Below, piece by piece: positions 18,227 to 27,079 of a stretch of DNA of 64,000 bases. The stretch's first letter is position 1; the number at the start of each line of letters is the position of its first letter. Position numbers and translations under genes: made by a program. Source of the stretch: an uncultured Pseudomonadota bacterium (GTDB taxonomy: Bacteria > Myxococcota_A > UBA796 > SXON01); NCBI GenBank assembly GCA_903844155.1, contig CAIMSU010000113.1, positions 96,361 through 160,360 on the forward strand. The letters are read 5' to 3'. Under the pieces are notes generated by a model. The model was not told where the DNA came from and did no database searches. It saw only the letters and a program-made list of their open reading frames with translations.

Positions 18227-18334
18227 GCTGAAGGCTTCAGGCTGGAGGCCTCCGCGGGCTCCTTTGGGCGACTGCTCCGCATCGCGGCAGCGACGTGGGC
18301 GGTGGGGAGTTCGCGGGTTTACTCGCCTCCAGCC

Positions 18335-18973
18335 TCAACCTCCCAGGATCCCGCTCGGGCACTCCACGCCGGTTCCGCCGATTCCACAGTACCCAAGTGG
18401 GTTCTTGGCGAGATACTGCTGGTGGTACTCCTCCGCGAAGTAGAACGGGGGCGCGTCCAGGATCTCGGTGGTGATGGCGGGAAACCTGGCCTTTCGCAAG
18501 GCCTCGCCGAACGCTGCCCGCGTGGCCTCCGCCTCGGGCCATTGGCCGGCCGAGACATAGATGCCGGACCGGTATTGCGTGCCGGCGTCGTTGCCCTGGC
18601 GCATTCCCTGCGTCGGATCATGGTTTTCCCAGAACGTCTTCAACAACCTGGCGTAGGGGAGGATCGCTGGGTCGTAGACCACGCGGACCACTTCGTTGTG
18701 CCCGGTTCGGCCCGAACAAACCTCTTTGTACGTCGGGTTTTCAGTGAACCCCGCCGCGTAGCCGACGGCGGTGGTGTGGACGCCAGGGAGCGTCCAGAAC
18801 TTGCGCTCGGCCCCCCAGAAGCAGCCCATCCCGAACATCGCCGTTTCCATGCCGGGAAATGGCCCTTCCATCGGCGTGTCGAGGACGAAATGGCGCTGGG
18901 GGACGCGCATGGCGCTCGCGCGGCCGGGGAGCGCGGTGGACGGCGTCGGCATCTTCGGCTCGGAGAACCACAT
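18335..18973 (-). CDS. msrA: Peptide-methionine (S)-S-oxide reductase
   Basis: [16 protein letters not shown] active-site motif. Long N-terminus [12 protein letters not shown] parallels E. coli MsrA. 212 aa. Confidence 0.93.
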   Translation of the reverse strand: MWFSEPKMPTPSTALPGRASAMRVPQRHFVLDTPMEGPFPGMETAMFGMGCFWGAERKFWTLPGVHTTAVGYAAGFTENPTYKEVCSGRTGHNEVVRVVYDPAILPYARLLKTFWENHDPTQGMRQGNDAGTQYRSGIYVSAGQWPEAEATRAAFGEALRKARFPAITTEILDAPPFYFAEEYHQQYLAKNPLGYCGIGGTGVECPSGILGG

Positions 18974-18982
18974 GCGGAGGGG

Positions 18983-19642
18983 CTAACCGGCCTGAAGCCG
19001 CTGGTACTCCTCGTGCGTGCCCACGTCGGCCCACACGCCCCGATGGATCACCGCGCCGACCTTCCCGTCGGGCACGAGCGCTTTGTAGACGGTGCGGACG
19101 ATGCAGGCCTCGCCGGGTGGCACCCGGTCCAGCTCCGCGCGATTCATCACGTGGATCCCCGTGAAGTGCCAGGCGCCGCCGTCGTTGCCGACAACACCGG
19201 CGATCCCGGTCACGCGCCCGTCCTCCACCGCGACGGCTGTGTGGCGTCCTTCTCGGCGTCGCACGGCCATGACTGCCGGGGCTGGGAGCTCCATGAGCGC
19301 CGTGAGATCGACGTCGCAGAGGATATCCCCGTTCAACACGACGAAGCGATCCGCGAGGAGATGCGCGGCGTTCTTGAGTCCTCCGCCCGTCCCGAGGATC
19401 ACCGGCGCCTCAACCACCACCGTGACGCCCGGGCGCCCGCTCGCCCAGGCGACGATCTGCGGCGCGAGCCAGTGCGCGTTCACGACCACATGCTCGTGCC
19501 CGTGCGCGCGTGCGTGGTCGAGGACGTGATCGAGGATCGGCCGCCCGCGAATCGGCAGCAGGGGCTTTGGAGTCACGTCCGTGAGCGGCCGGAGCCGCGT
19601 CCCCAGACCCGCCGCCAGGATGAATGCCGTGGCGCGAGGCAT
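18983..19642 (-). CDS. Sugar-phosphate nucleotidyltransferase family protein (MurU/mannose-1-P guanylyltransferase-like)
   Basis: ATG 19642 overlaps the upstream stop (TGATG). AFILAAGLGTRLRPLTDVTPKPLLPI signature. ~219 aa. Confidence 0.78.
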   Translation of the reverse strand: MPRATAFILAAGLGTRLRPLTDVTPKPLLPIRGRPILDHVLDHARAHGHEHVVVNAHWLAPQIVAWASGRPGVTVVVEAPVILGTGGGLKNAAHLLADRFVVLNGDILCDVDLTALMELPAPAVMAVRRREGRHTAVAVEDGRVTGIAGVVGNDGGAWHFTGIHVMNRAELDRVPPGEACIVRTVYKALVPDGKVGAVIHRGVWADVGTHEEYQRLQAG

Positions 19643-20610
19643 CAAACGCCCCAGAACCAGAGCCGTACGCCTGTCTCCGCCTCCACGGGCGCGAGGAGCC
19701 AGTCCAATTCAGCCAGTTGGCCGGGGTAGATCTGCCCGGAGACATCGAGGAACACCCCGAAGGTCGGGCTGAAACGCCCGTCGAGGTCCGCCTGCGCTTG
19801 AAGCCCAAGGTAGGGCCTCGTACCGCTCGCCCAGTAGTCGCCGGCGGCCAGCCAGAGGGACGGGCCGGCGGCAGGGTTGAGCGACCAGCGGCTTTTTCCC
19901 ACGGGAATCGCCCACGAGCCCAGCGCCGCGGCGGTCGTGCCACCGACATGGAACTGGCCAGGATCGGCGACGTTCCAGCGCACCACCATCTCGGCCGAGA
20001 GGCGGGGGAGAACGGGGACGGTCACCCCGAGGTTGAGGACGACGACCGGCGAGGCGGCGCCGTAGTCGAACTCAAGCTGGGAGCCGAGGCCCGCCCAGAG
20101 CGCGGGACTGTCGCGCCGCCGTGGCTGGGTGAGCTGGTTGTCGAGCAGCCGGGCAGCCGCCCGCACGTCCTCCCGGTCGCTGCTGCGCGCTAGCTTCACG
20201 GAGAGCAGGGCGGCGTCCGGGGCGTGGAGGCGGAGGTTGGCGTAGCTTCGGAGCAGCCAGGCTTCACCCATCCGCGGGTCGGCGTTCGTCGCCTGCGTGG
20301 CGTAGTCCAGCGTTCGCTCAAAGTCCCGGTGCTTCCATGCGGAGAGGCCGAGGAGGTACAGGTTCTGCGGCGTTTGTGCGGGAGGCGATGGCGGGCTCGC
20401 GGGCGCAGCGGCCGGGCCGGGTTCGGCGACGGGAGGTGCCGCAGGAACGGCAAGGGGGACTGGCGCGACAGCGCCGGGCGGATCGTCGGCTTGCGCGGCG
20501 GGGAGCAGCAAGCCGAGCACGACAAGGGTCACCCCCGCAGCGTAGCCCGTAGAGTCGCCCTGCGACGCGTCATTCAGCTCAGAAAGCAATTGCCCATCGG
20601 TCAAATGCAT
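19642..20610 (-). CDS. Secreted protein with TPR-like helical region and C-terminal beta-barrel-like region
   Basis: Hydrophobic signal GVTLVVLGLLLPAAQA. Helical repeat (NLYLLGLSAWKHRDFERTLDYATQA..., EAWLLRSYANL). The C-terminal half has alternating strands and ends ...RLWFWGV. Start taken as ATG 20610, uncertain. Confidence 0.6.
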   Translation of the reverse strand: MHLTDGQLLSELNDASQGDSTGYAAGVTLVVLGLLLPAAQADDPPGAVAPVPLAVPAAPPVAEPGPAAAPASPPSPPAQTPQNLYLLGLSAWKHRDFERTLDYATQATNADPRMGEAWLLRSYANLRLHAPDAALLSVKLARSSDREDVRAAARLLDNQLTQPRRRDSPALWAGLGSQLEFDYGAASPVVVLNLGVTVPVLPRLSAEMVVRWNVADPGQFHVGGTTAAALGSWAIPVGKSRWSLNPAAGPSLWLAAGDYWASGTRPYLGLQAQADLDGRFSPTFGVFLDVSGQIYPGQLAELDWLLAPVEAETGVRLWFWGV

Positions 20611-20645
20611 GTCACATTCGAATTGGGCACCTTTGGAGAAACTCG

Positions 20646-22643
20646 ATGTTCCGCGCAACCCCGCTCTCTCGCCTCTCGGCGTCCTCGTTGGTTCTGGCCG
20701 CCTCGGTCATCGTGTCCAGCGCGCTCGCGGGCTGCGCGGGGTCGCTGGCTGATCCTGACTTTTCTACGGGCAGCAGCACGCTGATCGCCTCGGCGGACGG
20801 CTCGGCGCTCTACGCCGTGAACGTGGACGAAGGCACGGTCTCCCGCTTCGAGCCCGCGACCGGTGTCACCACCACGCTGCCCGTTGGCCTGCAGCCCTCC
20901 CGCATCGCACGGACGAAGGATCGGGTGTTCGTCACCCTGCGCGGCGAGCGCGCCGTCGCGGTGCTTCAGGACATTGGCGGCACCCTCTCCGTCGTCGACC
21001 GTATCAACGTGGATGCCGAGCCCGTCGGCATCGTCGCCAGCGAGAACGGCAAGCGCATCTACGTCGCCAACTCGCAGGCGGAGAGCGTCTGGGAGATCGA
21101 TGGCGAGAGCCTCGCGGTGCTCCGGAGCTGGTCCGTGGACGGGCACCCGACCTGGATCGCGCTCCACCCGAGCGACAAGTCGCTTTACGTCGCCAGCGCG
21201 ATGGGCGGCACGTTGTCCCGCATCGACCTCGCGGACGGTGGTCAGGTGGCCGCGATCGACCTGCCGCGCCTCGGTGGCGCTGGCAACGACGCGAACGTAG
21301 ACCTGACCCGGCGCATCACCGGCGACCCATCGGTCTCCCCCGATGGCCGTTCGCTGGCGGTCCCCTGCTTGTTCGTGGACAACACCACGCCGATCACCTC
21401 GGATGGCACCACGAATTTCGACACGGCGCAGACCTCCTCTGGTGGCTACGGGTCCACCGGCCTCGGGATCTCGCGGCTCAACCCCAGCGTCGTCGTCGTC
21501 CCGTTGGACGGCGTCGGAAACGCGAGCGGGGACGAGGCGAAGCCCATCTTCCTCGCGGGCACAGCACCCGACCCGCTCGACACCAGCAGCACCTTCACGG
21601 CGCGCAGCTACGTCGTGAGCGCGCGCTACGCCCCCGATGGCGACACCATCTGGGCCTCGATGGAGGGCTCGCACACCGTCATCACGATGTCCTCGGACCC
21701 GGTGTTCTCCAGCAACAACTCCTGCAACTTCTGCATGACGGACAACTCCGGCAGCTTGACGCCCGATCAAGGTGGCTTCTGGGTCGCCCCCTCGGTGTTC
21801 ACCTCCGTCGACGATGGCCCGCGCGGCGTCGCCTTCCTCGACCAGACCCCCTACGTCCACAGCTTCCTCGACCGCTCGATCGGCGTGCTGCGCCCGAAGG
21901 AGGCCGCCAACTTCATTGAGGGTCAGGTCGCCGGGAACTTCTCCACCACACCCACGTACCGGGCGGACGCGGGGACGGCGATCGAGGCGTCGTCGCTCTC
22001 GGACGGCGCTGAACGCGGGCGGCGGCTGTTCTACTCGGCAACGTCCAGCCACATGTCGGCGGCTGGTTCGGGCGTCTCGTGCGCGACCTGCCATCTTGAG
22101 GCCCGGAACGACGGCCTTACCTGGCCGCTCACCAACGGCCCGCGCCAGACCATGAACCTCTCGAGCGGCGTCGTGAATGAGACCGCGCCTTTCACCTGGA
22201 CCAACGGCGTGGCGTCCGTGGCAGATGAGGCGATGGAGACCAGCCAGACGCGCATGGGCGGCAGCGACATCACCGACCAGGACGTGGCGGACATCCAGAC
22301 GTTTGTCGGCACCCTGACCGCGCCAGACGTCGCGGACTCGGCCCTCGATCCGGCCTCCGTCGCACGTGGCGAGGCGATCTTCAACCGGGCGGACGTGGCT
22401 TGCGCGAACTGTCACGCCGCGCCGTTGTACACGGACAACCTCTCGCACGACCTGTACGGGCTGTCCGGCGTGAACACGCCAACCCTCCTCGGCATCGGCG
22501 CCACCGCTCCCTACCTGCACGACGGCTCTGCGCCCACGCTGGCGTCGGTGCTGGAGACGGCGCGGGCTGGCAAGATGGGCGACGCGTCCAAGCTCTCGGA
22601 TGCGGACCTGGAGGATCTCGAGTCGTTCCTGCGCTCGCTCTAG
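20646..22643 (+). CDS. Lipoprotein: YVTN-type beta-propeller fused to a di-haem cytochrome c peroxidase (CCP/MauG-family) domain
   Basis: Lipobox SSALAGC. Propeller blades (LYAVNVDEGTVSRF, RIYVANSQAESVWEID, SLYVASAMGGTLSRID). Two CxxCH sites (CATCH, CANCH). CCP hallmark TPTLLGIGATAPYLHDGSAPTL. Confidence 0.85.
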   Translation: MFRATPLSRLSASSLVLAASVIVSSALAGCAGSLADPDFSTGSSTLIASADGSALYAVNVDEGTVSRFEPATGVTTTLPVGLQPSRIARTKDRVFVTLRGERAVAVLQDIGGTLSVVDRINVDAEPVGIVASENGKRIYVANSQAESVWEIDGESLAVLRSWSVDGHPTWIALHPSDKSLYVASAMGGTLSRIDLADGGQVAAIDLPRLGGAGNDANVDLTRRITGDPSVSPDGRSLAVPCLFVDNTTPITSDGTTNFDTAQTSSGGYGSTGLGISRLNPSVVVVPLDGVGNASGDEAKPIFLAGTAPDPLDTSSTFTARSYVVSARYAPDGDTIWASMEGSHTVITMSSDPVFSSNNSCNFCMTDNSGSLTPDQGGFWVAPSVFTSVDDGPRGVAFLDQTPYVHSFLDRSIGVLRPKEAANFIEGQVAGNFSTTPTYRADAGTAIEASSLSDGAERGRRLFYSATSSHMSAAGSGVSCATCHLEARNDGLTWPLTNGPRQTMNLSSGVVNETAPFTWTNGVASVADEAMETSQTRMGGSDITDQDVADIQTFVGTLTAPDVADSALDPASVARGEAIFNRADVACANCHAAPLYTDNLSHDLYGLSGVNTPTLLGIGATAPYLHDGSAPTLASVLETARAGKMGDASKLSDADLEDLESFLRSL

Positions 22644-22650
22644 GTTTTTC

Positions 22651-22660
22651 TGATACACCT
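22651..22660 (+). promoter_or_regulatory. TGATACACCT box (extended -10-like TGnTACACC) 6 nt upstream of GTG 22666
   Basis: Exact 10-mer is shared with 27065..27074 at the same offset. No Shine-Dalgarno between the box and the start. Confidence 0.35.
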
Positions 22661-22665
22661 GCCGC

Positions 22666-23250
22666 GTGTTCGCGCTCCTCGCGCTCGTGTCGTGCTCCCG
22701 TGCGTTCGCGTGGGAGCAACTCTACCTCTCGGGTGAGCTGACGATCACGCTTGGCGAGCGGCAGCCGTTCGGGTTTGCTGCATCGGGTGCGTTCGGCGAG
22801 GCGCCCATCGACAATGGGCTCGGTCCGGACCTGCGGATCGGGGGCGAAGTGGCGTTCGCGCCGGGCGGAATTGCGCTGACGCCGTTCGGGCGCGTGGGCG
22901 TGATCGGCGCAAACTACGGCTATACAAACTGGAATTACAGCCCGATCGGCATGACGTACACCGAGTTCGGGTACACGTTCCGGCCGTTTTCGTGGAGCGG
23001 TGTTCGGGTTGGCGGCGGTTTTGGGATCGAGTTCGTGACCGTTCGCTACCACCAGGTCATCCCCGTCCACGCGCTCGCTCCGGCTGCACCCATCAACCAG
23101 CCGGCCGCCCACGATCCACACCTTCCGCTCCCGCTGCCCGACCGGCATCCCGCGTCGATGCCGCACCTCGACATCCAGCTCGCGATCGCGTTCGAGCCCT
23201 GGATATACCCATCGTTCCTCGGAAATACGTACGATTGCTGCTACTACTGA
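22666..23250 (+). CDS. Small secreted Gly/aromatic-rich protein, probable outer-membrane beta-barrel
   Basis: GTG start. Signal MFALLALVSCSRAFA. Alternating Gly/aromatic strands (GVIGANYGYTNWNY, TEFGYTFRPFSWSGVRVGGGFGIEF). C-terminus ...TYDCCYY. Confidence 0.6.
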   Translation: MFALLALVSCSRAFAWEQLYLSGELTITLGERQPFGFAASGAFGEAPIDNGLGPDLRIGGEVAFAPGGIALTPFGRVGVIGANYGYTNWNYSPIGMTYTEFGYTFRPFSWSGVRVGGGFGIEFVTVRYHQVIPVHALAPAAPINQPAAHDPHLPLPLPDRHPASMPHLDIQLAIAFEPWIYPSFLGNTYDCCYY

Positions 23251-23282
23251 AACCCTGCCCACGGGCGCGATAAGCGGCGGCC

Positions 23283-24566
23283 ATGGAAGATCGCCCGCTC
23301 CTCATCGCTGCCATCGACCGTTTGCGACGGGGTGGGGCGCTGGCGGCCGAGGTGCTGCTGACGGCGACGGACTGGCTGGGGCAGGACGGGTCGCGCGGGA
23401 CCCCCAGCAGCGGCCGATCGGTGACGTGGACGGCGCGGGCCTGCCGACAGGGCGGTGCCACGGGTGTCGGGCGCGGCGCGACGATGGAGGAGGCGACGGC
23501 TACGGCGCTGGCGTTGAGCGCGACAGCACCTCCCGACCCCTACGCGGGGCCGGCCGAGCGGCAGGACGTACGAACGGCGGGCCTGGGCACGTGCGATCGG
23601 CGCTACCCGAACGTGGAGACCGCAGACCGGCTCGAAGTCCTGGAGCTGGCGGAGCGGGCGTTCGACAAGACGCGCGAGAGCGTGCAATTGCGCCGCCTGC
23701 GCTACCGGCAGGAGCGGACGCGCCGGAGCTGGGCGTCCACGCGTGGGGTCGAAGCGTCGGAGACGTGCACGCGCTTTGAACTCGAGGGGACGGTCGACGT
23801 TGCAAGGGGGAGGGGCTTCACGCAACGGCTGGCTTCTCGGCATTTCTCGGACGTCGCGAGCTTGCCCTTCGGGACCGACTTGCGCCGTCGCGCGGAGCCG
23901 CTCGCGCGAGAGGGCGTTGGCGCGATGCCCGATCTCCCCCTGCTGCTCGAGCCGCGGGTGCTCGCCGAGCTGGCCCGGGCGTTTGCGCCCGCGTTTGCGG
24001 CCGATCATCAGGGCTTCGTCGCCAAGCGCCCGCACACCCGTGAGGGCGCTCGGCTGGCGCCGCCGATCCTGCACATGACCGACGATGCTGGCCTTCACTC
24101 GGGCTTGTTTACGGTCGCCTTTGACGATCGGGGCGTCTCCCCGGTGCCGTTGACGTTGCTGCGCGAGGGGATCGTCGGAAACCGCTACCACAGCCCTGAG
24201 ACAGCGCGTGCCGCCGGTTCGCGACCCACGGGGCATGTCGTCGACGGAGAGCTCATCCCGTCCAACCTGGTCATTCGGCCAGGAGCACGAACGCGGAACA
24301 TGATCCACGCCGAGCTTGGCGACCTGTTCCTCCTCGACACCCCGCCGGTGATCGACCTGGACTCGGGGCGGCTCACGGGCCCGGCGCGGGTCGTCCGGGT
24401 CGCGGGTGGCGAGGCAGCCGAGGGCTGGGAAGTGGTTTTTGACCTGCCGCTAAGCGAGTTCTTCGAGGGCATCACCGAGTTCGCTGCGGATCAGGAGCGG
24501 CATCTCGGTGTCGACACTCCGACCGGCGTATGGGATCGTGTGCGCCTCACATCCGCGGGGGCGTAG
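23283..24566 (+). CDS. TldD/PmbA-family metallopeptidase-like protein
   Basis: C-terminal pattern PTGHVVDGELIPSNLVIRPGARTRNMI...GRLTGPARVVRVAGGEAAEGWEVVFDLPLSEFFEGI resembles PmbA/TldD. ~427 aa. Confidence 0.65.
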   Translation: MEDRPLLIAAIDRLRRGGALAAEVLLTATDWLGQDGSRGTPSSGRSVTWTARACRQGGATGVGRGATMEEATATALALSATAPPDPYAGPAERQDVRTAGLGTCDRRYPNVETADRLEVLELAERAFDKTRESVQLRRLRYRQERTRRSWASTRGVEASETCTRFELEGTVDVARGRGFTQRLASRHFSDVASLPFGTDLRRRAEPLAREGVGAMPDLPLLLEPRVLAELARAFAPAFAADHQGFVAKRPHTREGARLAPPILHMTDDAGLHSGLFTVAFDDRGVSPVPLTLLREGIVGNRYHSPETARAAGSRPTGHVVDGELIPSNLVIRPGARTRNMIHAELGDLFLLDTPPVIDLDSGRLTGPARVVRVAGGEAAEGWEVVFDLPLSEFFEGITEFAADQERHLGVDTPTGVWDRVRLTSAGA

Positions 24567-24571
24567 GCGAG

Positions 24572-27016
24572 ATGGTTCGTAGATCGGGCATTCTCGTGCT
24601 GTTCATGCTCTCCGGGTGCTGCACGTCCAGGCCGCCTGTCTGGATGACCATCGCGCCGATCACCCTCGCCCCGGGCGTCCGCCAGACCGTCCGGCTGCCC
24701 GACGAGGTGACGGACAAGCGCGGTGACTTGACCTTTGCGGTGGAGCCTTCGGACGGGATCCTGGCCAGCGTCTCGTCCGACGGCACCCTCAACCTCCTCG
24801 CTGCCTCGGGGTTTTCCGGATCGGGCAGCGTGCGGCTGACAGCGACGGACGGGTGCGGGAACAGCGCGGAGACGGACGTCGCCGTCACGGTCGGCGCGAG
24901 CGCGGGGAGCTGCACGCAGACGGTCACCTACACGGCGCGTGGGTCGGGCACCCAGGCCGTGTTCATCGCGGGAACGTTCAACGCCTGGAATTCGACTGCT
25001 ACGCCGATGACCGACAACGGCGACGGCACCTGGTCCGTGGACCTTTCGCTGGCGCCCGGGTCGTACCCCTACAAGCTCATCGAGGATGATTACGGCGCCG
25101 GAACCGAGGATTGGGCCTGCGACCCAGACTCTGAGCTCGTACAGTGTGACGACGGGTACACCTGGGACACGACCTGTCCGTTGGGCGGCCCGAGCTGCAA
25201 CAGCATGCTGACGGTTTCGGATTGTACACTTCCAACGCTGACAGTCTCCTCCCTGCACATCGACCGCGCCGCCAACTCCGCGAGCGTGACAGTCGCTGTT
25301 TCGGACGCCTCACTCGTCGCCTCGACAACGGCTACCCTAGACGGCGCCGCGATCACCGCCTGGACCGGCGCCGGCTTCCAGTACGACGCGTCGAACCTCT
25401 CAGACGGTCGCCACGCGCTCGACTTCAGCGTCACCACCACCGACGGTCGCACGCCGACGCCGATCCACATCCCCTTCTGGACCGACGACGCAACCTGGCA
25501 GAACGGGCTCCTGTACTACGTTTTCGTCGACCGCTTCAACAACGGCGACCCGTCGCTCGACGGGAGCGAGGGCGCGACGTCCGCGTCGGCCGACTACGAG
25601 GGGGGCGACTGGCAGGGGGTGATCGACAAGCTCGACTACCTGTCGGACATCGGCGTTACCGCGATCTGGCTCACGGCGCCCCAGGACAACCCGGCCGGGG
25701 TCTATTCAGGGAGCTGCAACGCCACCTATTCGGGCTACCATGGCTACTGGCCCGCGCAACCCTTCGCGTGTGAGAACCACTTTGGCGACAGCTCCAAGCT
25801 GCATGAACTGGTAACGGACGCCCACGCGCACAACATCCGCGTCATCACCGACTGGGTGGCCAACCAGGTCGACGATCAGCACCCGTACTACATCGAGCAC
25901 CCGGACTGGTTCAACCCGCTGAACCTTTGCGGCGACGCGAACAATTGGAACGACATCCCCGAGACCTGTTGGTTCGACACGTTTCTGCCCGACATCAACT
26001 ACTACAACACCGAGCCCCTGGTGCAGATGGTCGACGACGCGATGGTCTGGGCGCGTGAGTATGACCTCGACGGCTACCGGGTCGACGCCGTCAAGCACAT
26101 GGCGCACAGCGTGATGCGAAACTTTGGCGGACGGGTGAAGGACGAGCTGGAGTACAGGGATGCTGGCGGCGACGAGGACTTCTACACGGTCGGCGAGACG
26201 TTCTCCGGCGATCAAGGCCTGATCTCGAGCTACATCGGGCCCGAGAACGGGCTGGACGGACAGTTTGACTTCCCGCTGTACTGGGCGATCGTGAGTGCGT
26301 TCGCGCGCGACGAGATCGGCCTGTCGGACGGGGACTCTTCGCTCCAGGCCGTCCGCGCGTCGGACGCCACCGCGTTCGCCGGGCACACGATGAGCACCTT
26401 CCTGGGGAACCACGACGTCGCGCGCTTCATCGCCCAGGCGAACGGGGAAATATCCTCGTTATACGGTGATAGTGCCTGCGGGGCTGACGGCAACCTGCGC
26501 ACTCCGGACACGGCCCCGGGCTCTTCCGACCCGTATGACCGCTTGCGTCTCGCCTGGACCTTCCTCCTGACCAACGAGGGGCTACCGCTCATCTACTACG
26601 GCGACGAGATCGGCCTCCCCGGCTACAATGACCCTGACAACCGCCAGATGATGCGGTTTGACGCGGATATCTCCCAGGACGAGGCCGACGTGCTCGCCCA
26701 GGTGCAGGCGCTCGGGCAGGCGCGCAGGGACCACCCGGCCATGTCCCAGGGCACGCGGACCGACTGGTGGCAGGGCGAGGCGGACGTCTGGGCCTATGCG
26801 CGCGTGGATGGCGCGGGAACGGCCGACGAGGATGACGTGCTGGTGCTGCTGAACCGCGGCGACACCGACCGAACGTTGACGAACGGGTTGGCCTTCGCGG
26901 GCCTGACCGCGAGCCGCTACACCGACATTCTCACCGGTGAGACGTTCACGGCGTCCGGCGACAATTTGACGGTGACGGTGCCGGCGGTGGGGTCGCGGGT
27001 GCTGGTCGGGGACTGA
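24572..27016 (+). CDS. GH13 alpha-amylase-family lipoprotein with N-terminal Ig-like and CBM48-like domains
   Basis: ORF trimmed to ATG 24572 (MVRRSGILVLFMLSGC lipobox). CBM48-like VFIAGTFNAWNSTATPMTDNGDGTWSVDLSLAPGSYPYKL. GH13 regions VITDWVANQ, DGYRVDAVKHM, YTVGETFS, FLGNHDVARF. Confidence 0.9.
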   Translation: MVRRSGILVLFMLSGCCTSRPPVWMTIAPITLAPGVRQTVRLPDEVTDKRGDLTFAVEPSDGILASVSSDGTLNLLAASGFSGSGSVRLTATDGCGNSAETDVAVTVGASAGSCTQTVTYTARGSGTQAVFIAGTFNAWNSTATPMTDNGDGTWSVDLSLAPGSYPYKLIEDDYGAGTEDWACDPDSELVQCDDGYTWDTTCPLGGPSCNSMLTVSDCTLPTLTVSSLHIDRAANSASVTVAVSDASLVASTTATLDGAAITAWTGAGFQYDASNLSDGRHALDFSVTTTDGRTPTPIHIPFWTDDATWQNGLLYYVFVDRFNNGDPSLDGSEGATSASADYEGGDWQGVIDKLDYLSDIGVTAIWLTAPQDNPAGVYSGSCNATYSGYHGYWPAQPFACENHFGDSSKLHELVTDAHAHNIRVITDWVANQVDDQHPYYIEHPDWFNPLNLCGDANNWNDIPETCWFDTFLPDINYYNTEPLVQMVDDAMVWAREYDLDGYRVDAVKHMAHSVMRNFGGRVKDELEYRDAGGDEDFYTVGETFSGDQGLISSYIGPENGLDGQFDFPLYWAIVSAFARDEIGLSDGDSSLQAVRASDATAFAGHTMSTFLGNHDVARFIAQANGEISSLYGDSACGADGNLRTPDTAPGSSDPYDRLRLAWTFLLTNEGLPLIYYGDEIGLPGYNDPDNRQMMRFDADISQDEADVLAQVQALGQARRDHPAMSQGTRTDWWQGEADVWAYARVDGAGTADEDDVLVLLNRGDTDRTLTNGLAFAGLTASRYTDILTGETFTASGDNLTVTVPAVGSRVLVGD

Positions 27017-27064
27017 GGGGCGGGCTGATCCGCTGGTCTCCCCCGCGATCGACGGCGGTCGCCT

Positions 27065-27074
27065 TGATACACCT
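27065..27074 (+). promoter_or_regulatory. TGATACACCT box 6 nt upstream of GTG 27080
   Basis: Same 10-mer and spacing as 22651..22660. No Shine-Dalgarno. Confidence 0.35.
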
Positions 27075-27079
27075 CGGGC

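Noticed and set aside
18244-18253. Perfect 10-nt palindrome GGAGGCCTCC between the convergent methyltransferase and msrA genes.
   Set aside because: It is too short to distinguish from chance, has no loop to act as a terminator hairpin, and no second copy was noticed.
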